Positions 24,381-27,493 of a stretch of DNA of 27,493 nucleotides are shown one piece after another. Source of the DNA: a virus (taxonomy: Duplodnaviria > Caudoviricetes); IMG/VR virus record IMGVR_UViG_3300032220_000965, positions 1-27,493 of that record. The stretch is one strand, 5' to 3'. A program made the translations under genes and the position numbers. Under the pieces are notes generated by a model, which saw only the letters and a list, made by a program, of their open reading frames with translations, did not search any database and had not been told where the DNA came from. The stretch's first letter is position 1, and every line of letters begins with the position of its first letter.

Positions 24381-25505
24381 TTAAGCCTCGGTCGTAAAAA
24401 CAATATCAACTAATGACTCAGCAGCTGAATTGCTTATTTTAAACTCACGGTTAATGTTATCTAATAAGAATCTCTTAACAACATCACCTTCAACTCCGGT
24501 TTTAAAGTTATTTCTCAACCCAGTACCAAACGTTTTCCAATCACGTTCCCATGCTATGCCTTTTGTTTTAAGTACCTTTAATAACGCTTTTAAGTTGGTA
24601 TTATTATTTGTATAATAACTTGGTCTGAACTTAGTTGTATGAACTAACTCATTTAATAGAAACGAAGTTGATAATAACATATGACTGTTAACAACTAAAT
24701 TAGACATCATTTCAAATCCTAACTTAACATTAGCATCATCTTTACTAAACAACATATCTCTAAGTGTTTGTAAATATTCATCATCAAGCTCAATTCCTTC
24801 TTTATTTAATGTAACAAATAAATCTTCATCAAATATAACTCTTACTTTTCCATTTATAATATTAGAAACATTATCACAAATGAGAGTTAATAAATCAATC
24901 ATTTTAGCTTCTCTATAAACATCAAATATAGTTCCTTTAGTTAAATGAACATTATCATTAAACATTGCTTCTGAGTTAGTATTTTTTTTAAATGTATCTT
25001 TTAAATCATTAGGTCTATTTTCAACATACATAAATGTATCTTTATCATTATAATTTGCAAATAAAGTAGTTAACATGTTACCATCTCTTCTAGAAGTAGT
25101 TCCTAATATATCTACATAGTTATTTGAAGCATATTTTTCATTTATAAAATAATGCTCATCATACTTAAGTCTCTTTACTAAATCAAAAAAATAACCTTTA
25201 TTCATTATAAACACACTAGCCATTTTCACTCTAGATGTTTTTTTTAATTTATTATCCTTAATAAACTCTTTTAATTTAAAACGAGGTATATCACTTGCTT
25301 TAGTAGCGTAAATAATATCCTTTGGTTCTATTTTAGTTGACTCTGTTTTAGTAATTAATTTAAGAGCTTTTTGTAATTGTAGACTATCTTTTTCATTAAC
25401 AAAATGAACACTGTCTGACCAATAACCAGCTGCTCTAAATCCAACAACCGTTTGCTTTCCATTATAGTTATTTCCGAATCTTAATTTAGTAATACTATTT
25501 AACAT
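24381..25505 (-). CDS. Hypothetical protein, possible BRCT-like N-terminal region
   Basis: 374 aa; IIYAT...IPRFKLKEFIKDNKLKKTSRVKMASVFIM follows a BRCT-like beta-alpha-beta-beta pattern (by eye). Confidence 0.7.
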   Translation of the reverse strand: MLNSITKLRFGNNYNGKQTVVGFRAAGYWSDSVHFVNEKDSLQLQKALKLITKTESTKIEPKDIIYATKASDIPRFKLKEFIKDNKLKKTSRVKMASVFIMNKGYFFDLVKRLKYDEHYFINEKYASNNYVDILGTTSRRDGNMLTTLFANYNDKDTFMYVENRPNDLKDTFKKNTNSEAMFNDNVHLTKGTIFDVYREAKMIDLLTLICDNVSNIINGKVRVIFDEDLFVTLNKEGIELDDEYLQTLRDMLFSKDDANVKLGFEMMSNLVVNSHMLLSTSFLLNELVHTTKFRPSYYTNNNTNLKALLKVLKTKGIAWERDWKTFGTGLRNNFKTGVEGDVVKRFLLDNINREFKISNSAAESLVDIVFTTEA

Positions 25506-25510
25506 AATTT

Positions 25511-25687
25511 TTATTTTTTATATATTAACGCTATAATAACAAGAACCATTACTGATATAAATGGTATCCAAATCGGGGATGTAACCCACCACCAAGACCA
25601 ATTAATAAAACCTGCTAATTTGAGGGTCATGAATATTAGAAATAATATTGTTGTAAACCCTAATCCATTTGATTCTTTATCACTCAT
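25511..25687 (-). CDS. 58-aa two-helix membrane protein with WSWWWV motif (not in ORF track)
   Basis: MSDKESNGLGFTTILFLIFMTLKLAGFINWSWWWVTSPIWIPFISVMVLVIIALIYKK; LKLxGxIxWSWWWVxxPxW is a recognisable small phage membrane-protein pattern. Confidence 0.85.
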   Translation of the reverse strand: MSDKESNGLGFTTILFLIFMTLKLAGFINWSWWWVTSPIWIPFISVMVLVIIALIYKK

Positions 25688-25699
25688 ATTTTTTATTTT

Positions 25700-25885
25700 T
25701 TAATCTGTTATAATTACACTTAATACATAATCAACTATCATTTTACCCAACCATCCTTTAGTACGTTCATCCTCTCTTAAAGCAGCTTTTGCTTTACGTT
25801 CACCTGAAGCTACTACATGATAATCTCCTATTGGATATCCTGCTTTATTGTAACATTTGATAATATATAAATTCATTTTTTTCAT
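25700..25885 (-). CDS. Hypothetical protein
   Basis: 61 aa; A-rich leader; co-oriented and tightly packed. Confidence 0.7.
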   Translation of the reverse strand: MKKMNLYIIKCYNKAGYPIGDYHVVASGERKAKAALREDERTKGWLGKMIVDYVLSVIITD

Positions 25886-25919
25886 ATAGTTTAATTTAAT
25901 TAGTTAGTTGAGGTTAAAA

Positions 25920-26057
25920 TCATTCATCATCCCCTCCATTTTCATAACAACGTTCACACATCCCATTAATGGACATTCCTGAACCTGTAGAACCACAATC
26001 ACGTCCACAATACTTACAACTCACATAACCGTAAAGGTTTTTAATCATTCTAATCAT
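25920..26057 (-). CDS. 45-aa C4 zinc-finger protein (not in ORF track)
   Basis: MIRMIKNLYGYVSCKYCGRDCGSTGSGMSINGMCERCYENGGDDE; CxxC...CxxC; leader AAAAATATAAGTT-ATG. Confidence 0.7.
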   Translation of the reverse strand: MIRMIKNLYGYVSCKYCGRDCGSTGSGMSINGMCERCYENGGDDE

Positions 26058-26077
26058 AACTTATATTTTTAATTTTA

Positions 26078-26893
26078 TTATTCTTCGTCTTCTGACTCTA
26101 CTATTGAACCGTAGTAAATGTAATCGTTTTGTAAATCATAACTGAATTGTTGATCAACATTACCATTTCTATTCTTAATAAAGCTCATATATGTTCCACC
26201 TCCATCGCGGTCACTTCTTCTTCTCATTTCCATCATTGCGTCGGTCATGTGTTTCAATTTATTTGAACCTACAAACTCACCTGATTTAGTAACTTGTTGA
26301 ATTAACAAATATGAAGTGTAAGCGTTAGCATCATTTTCACCTTTATTATTCTTAACACATAAATCTACTAACCAACCTTCAGCTTGTTTACGATCCCATT
26401 TATTATCATCTCTAACACCTTCTATAATTTCAGCAATTGAATCTATTAACACACAATCCCAACCCATAGTCATCACTTGTTCAATAACATCTTTTGTATT
26501 ATGTTCTAAATAATCAGCCATGAACAATGTTTTTACATTTCTAAATTGTGGAAAACGTTGTGTATATTTAAACATTTGTTTTTTACCCATTTCACCAGAT
26601 ATGAATAAACATTTATGACCTTTATTATTCATAGAAGCTAATAAATCTAATAGTACAGTTGTTTTACCAACACCCGGATCTCCAATACACATTATATTTG
26701 TGGCACATGGAACTCCTCCTTCATGTGAAATTAAATTATCAATTGGTAATCCACTTTCCATAGTATTCATCATACGTGGATCGATATTTAAATTACTTAA
26801 CTGTACAATATCTAATTTTAATTCTGTAGGTACTACAGTAAAGTTAGCTACTTGTTTTTTACTTGGTCTACCACGTTTTTTACCTGTATTCAT
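26078..26893 (-). CDS. RadA/Sms-like RecA-fold ATPase (ATPase domain only) with N-terminal AT-hook
   Basis: GDPGVGKTT, FISGE, VLIDS, QVTKSGEFVGSNKLKHMTD (cf. RadA HVTKxGxIAGPxxLEHxVD), KNRNG (cf. KNRFG); KKRGRPSKK at the N-terminus. Confidence 0.85.
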   Translation of the reverse strand: MNTGKKRGRPSKKQVANFTVVPTELKLDIVQLSNLNIDPRMMNTMESGLPIDNLISHEGGVPCATNIMCIGDPGVGKTTVLLDLLASMNNKGHKCLFISGEMGKKQMFKYTQRFPQFRNVKTLFMADYLEHNTKDVIEQVMTMGWDCVLIDSIAEIIEGVRDDNKWDRKQAEGWLVDLCVKNNKGENDANAYTSYLLIQQVTKSGEFVGSNKLKHMTDAMMEMRRRSDRDGGGTYMSFIKNRNGNVDQQFSYDLQNDYIYYGSIVESEDEE

Positions 26894-26907
26894 ATTTTTA
26901 CTTTTTA

Positions 26908-26948
26908 TTTCTTATTATATAATAAATTTAACAAATTAATTGCGGTCA
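26908..26948 (-). promoter_or_regulatory. Repeated 41-nt promoter-like element, copy A
   Basis: TGACCGC-AATTAAT-TTGT-TAAATTTATTATATAATAAGAAA, 14 nt upstream of the ATPase ATG; same spacing as copy B. Confidence 0.65.
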
Positions 26949-26949
26949 G

Positions 26950-27012
26950 TTATTTTTTATCTTTACTTAATAAACCGTACATAACCAAAAACCATAATAT
27001 TAAAATTGTCAT
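26950..27012 (-). CDS. 20-aa hydrophobic peptide
   Basis: MTILILWFLVMYGLLSKDKK; fills the space between promoter-like copies B and A; A-rich leader. Confidence 0.55.
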   Translation of the reverse strand: MTILILWFLVMYGLLSKDKK

Positions 27013-27022
27013 ATTTCTTTAT

Positions 27023-27063
27023 TTTCTTATTATATAATAAAGATAGCAAGGGAGCCGCGGTCA
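27023..27063 (-). promoter_or_regulatory. Repeated 41-nt promoter-like element, copy B
   Basis: TGACCGC-GGCTCCC-TTGC-TATCTTTATTATATAATAAGAAA; 32/41 identical to copy A without gaps. Confidence 0.65.
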
Positions 27064-27086
27064 ATCTAACCGGGCTCCCATTGCTA
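27044..27086 (-). terminator. GC-rich hairpin, probable terminator overlapping element B
   Basis: tagcaa-gggagcc-g-cggt-caatcta-accg-ggctccc-a-ttgcta inverted repeat, followed on the minus strand by TCTTTATT; 25 nt after the stop at 27112. Confidence 0.7.
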
Positions 27087-27111
27087 ATACGTTGGAAGTT
27101 AAGTGTCTAGT

Positions 27112-27318
27112 TTATAATACTATTGAGAAACTATTTAATTCACCATTTTTATCAGTCCATTTATTCATTATTTCTTTAGCCTTAATGAAACCAACTGGAT
27201 CAACATATGACTGAGATATATTCATTTCTGCGAACCATTTTTGGAAGTCTTTATCCATTATAGTTTGGTTACGTTCATTTTCAATTTCAATTAAGCGTTC
27301 AATTGGTATATTTATCAT
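27112..27318 (-). CDS. Hypothetical protein
   Basis: 68 aa; leader AAAATAAGTT-ATG. Confidence 0.75.
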   Translation of the reverse strand: MINIPIERLIEIENERNQTIMDKDFQKWFAEMNISQSYVDPVGFIKAKEIMNKWTDKNGELNSFSIVL

Positions 27319-27328
27319 AACTTATTTT

Positions 27329-27439
27329 TTATTCGTAAACTGTTATTGAACCATCTTTATTCAGTTTCAATCGTGAACGATGATACTTAGACGGTTTACC
27401 TTTTTTCTTTACAATTATTATTTTAGGTTTTTTAGGCAT
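27329..27439 (-). CDS. 36-aa very basic peptide (not in ORF track)
   Basis: MPKKPKIIIVKKKGKPSKYHRSRLKLNKDGSITVYE; start overlaps the upstream gene's end and it fills the gap. Confidence 0.55.
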   Translation of the reverse strand: MPKKPKIIIVKKKGKPSKYHRSRLKLNKDGSITVYE

Positions 27440-27493
27440 TAGGTAGTTGTTGAATCTGCTCTAATAATCCTGTAACTTCATCTTCACTTAAAT
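27432..27493 (-). CDS. 3' end of a CDS entering from the right edge
   Basis: ...LSEDEVTGLLEQIQQLPNA-stop. Confidence 0.5.
   Translation of the reverse strand, partial: LSEDEVTGLLEQIQQLPNA

Noticed and set aside
26200-26215. Third TGACCGC match
   Set aside because: Inside the ATPase coding sequence (SDRD codons) and lacking the downstream conserved block.
20753-27037. Plus-strand ORFs 20753-20941, 24430-24615, 26700-26939, 26852-27037
   Set aside because: Better explained by minus-strand genes and regulatory elements at the same positions.

Overview
This is an AT-rich, gene-dense segment in which all credible genes are on the minus strand. It reads as part of a large contractile-tailed (myovirus-like) phage. 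A-rich leaders without Shine-Dalgarno sites and TAnnTTT-type elements suggest a Bacteroidota host (inference). In transcription order (right to left) there are three blocks. (1) An early/middle-type block: tiny ORFs, an AT-hook-bearing RadA/Sms-like ATPase and a MoxR AAA+ / zincin-vWA cluster, closed by an intrinsic terminator. (2) A glutaredoxin-like protein, an HD hydrolase and a gp55-like sigma factor. (3) A long baseplate/tail block: gp5-like spike/hub pieces with a GH108-like lysozyme, gp25-like and gp6-like wedge proteins, a GH19 lysin, a DNRLRE-like protein, a 1632-aa LamG-containing wedge protein and tail-collar-like proteins. The most unusual feature is at 1-2880: one structural gene (a paralogue of the intact 358-aa neighbour) appears cut into three same-frame ORFs, each ending in a ~85-100-aa Thr/Pro stalk and a different tip domain. 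The gp5-like gene also seems split in three, with a possible +1 'shifty stop' at one junction. Other notable items are a recurrent ATATTTATA upstream motif, a duplicated 41-nt early-promoter-like element flanking a 20-aa hydrophobic peptide, and a candidate ~100-nt structured RNA. All family assignments come from motif recognition by eye; no database searches were run.
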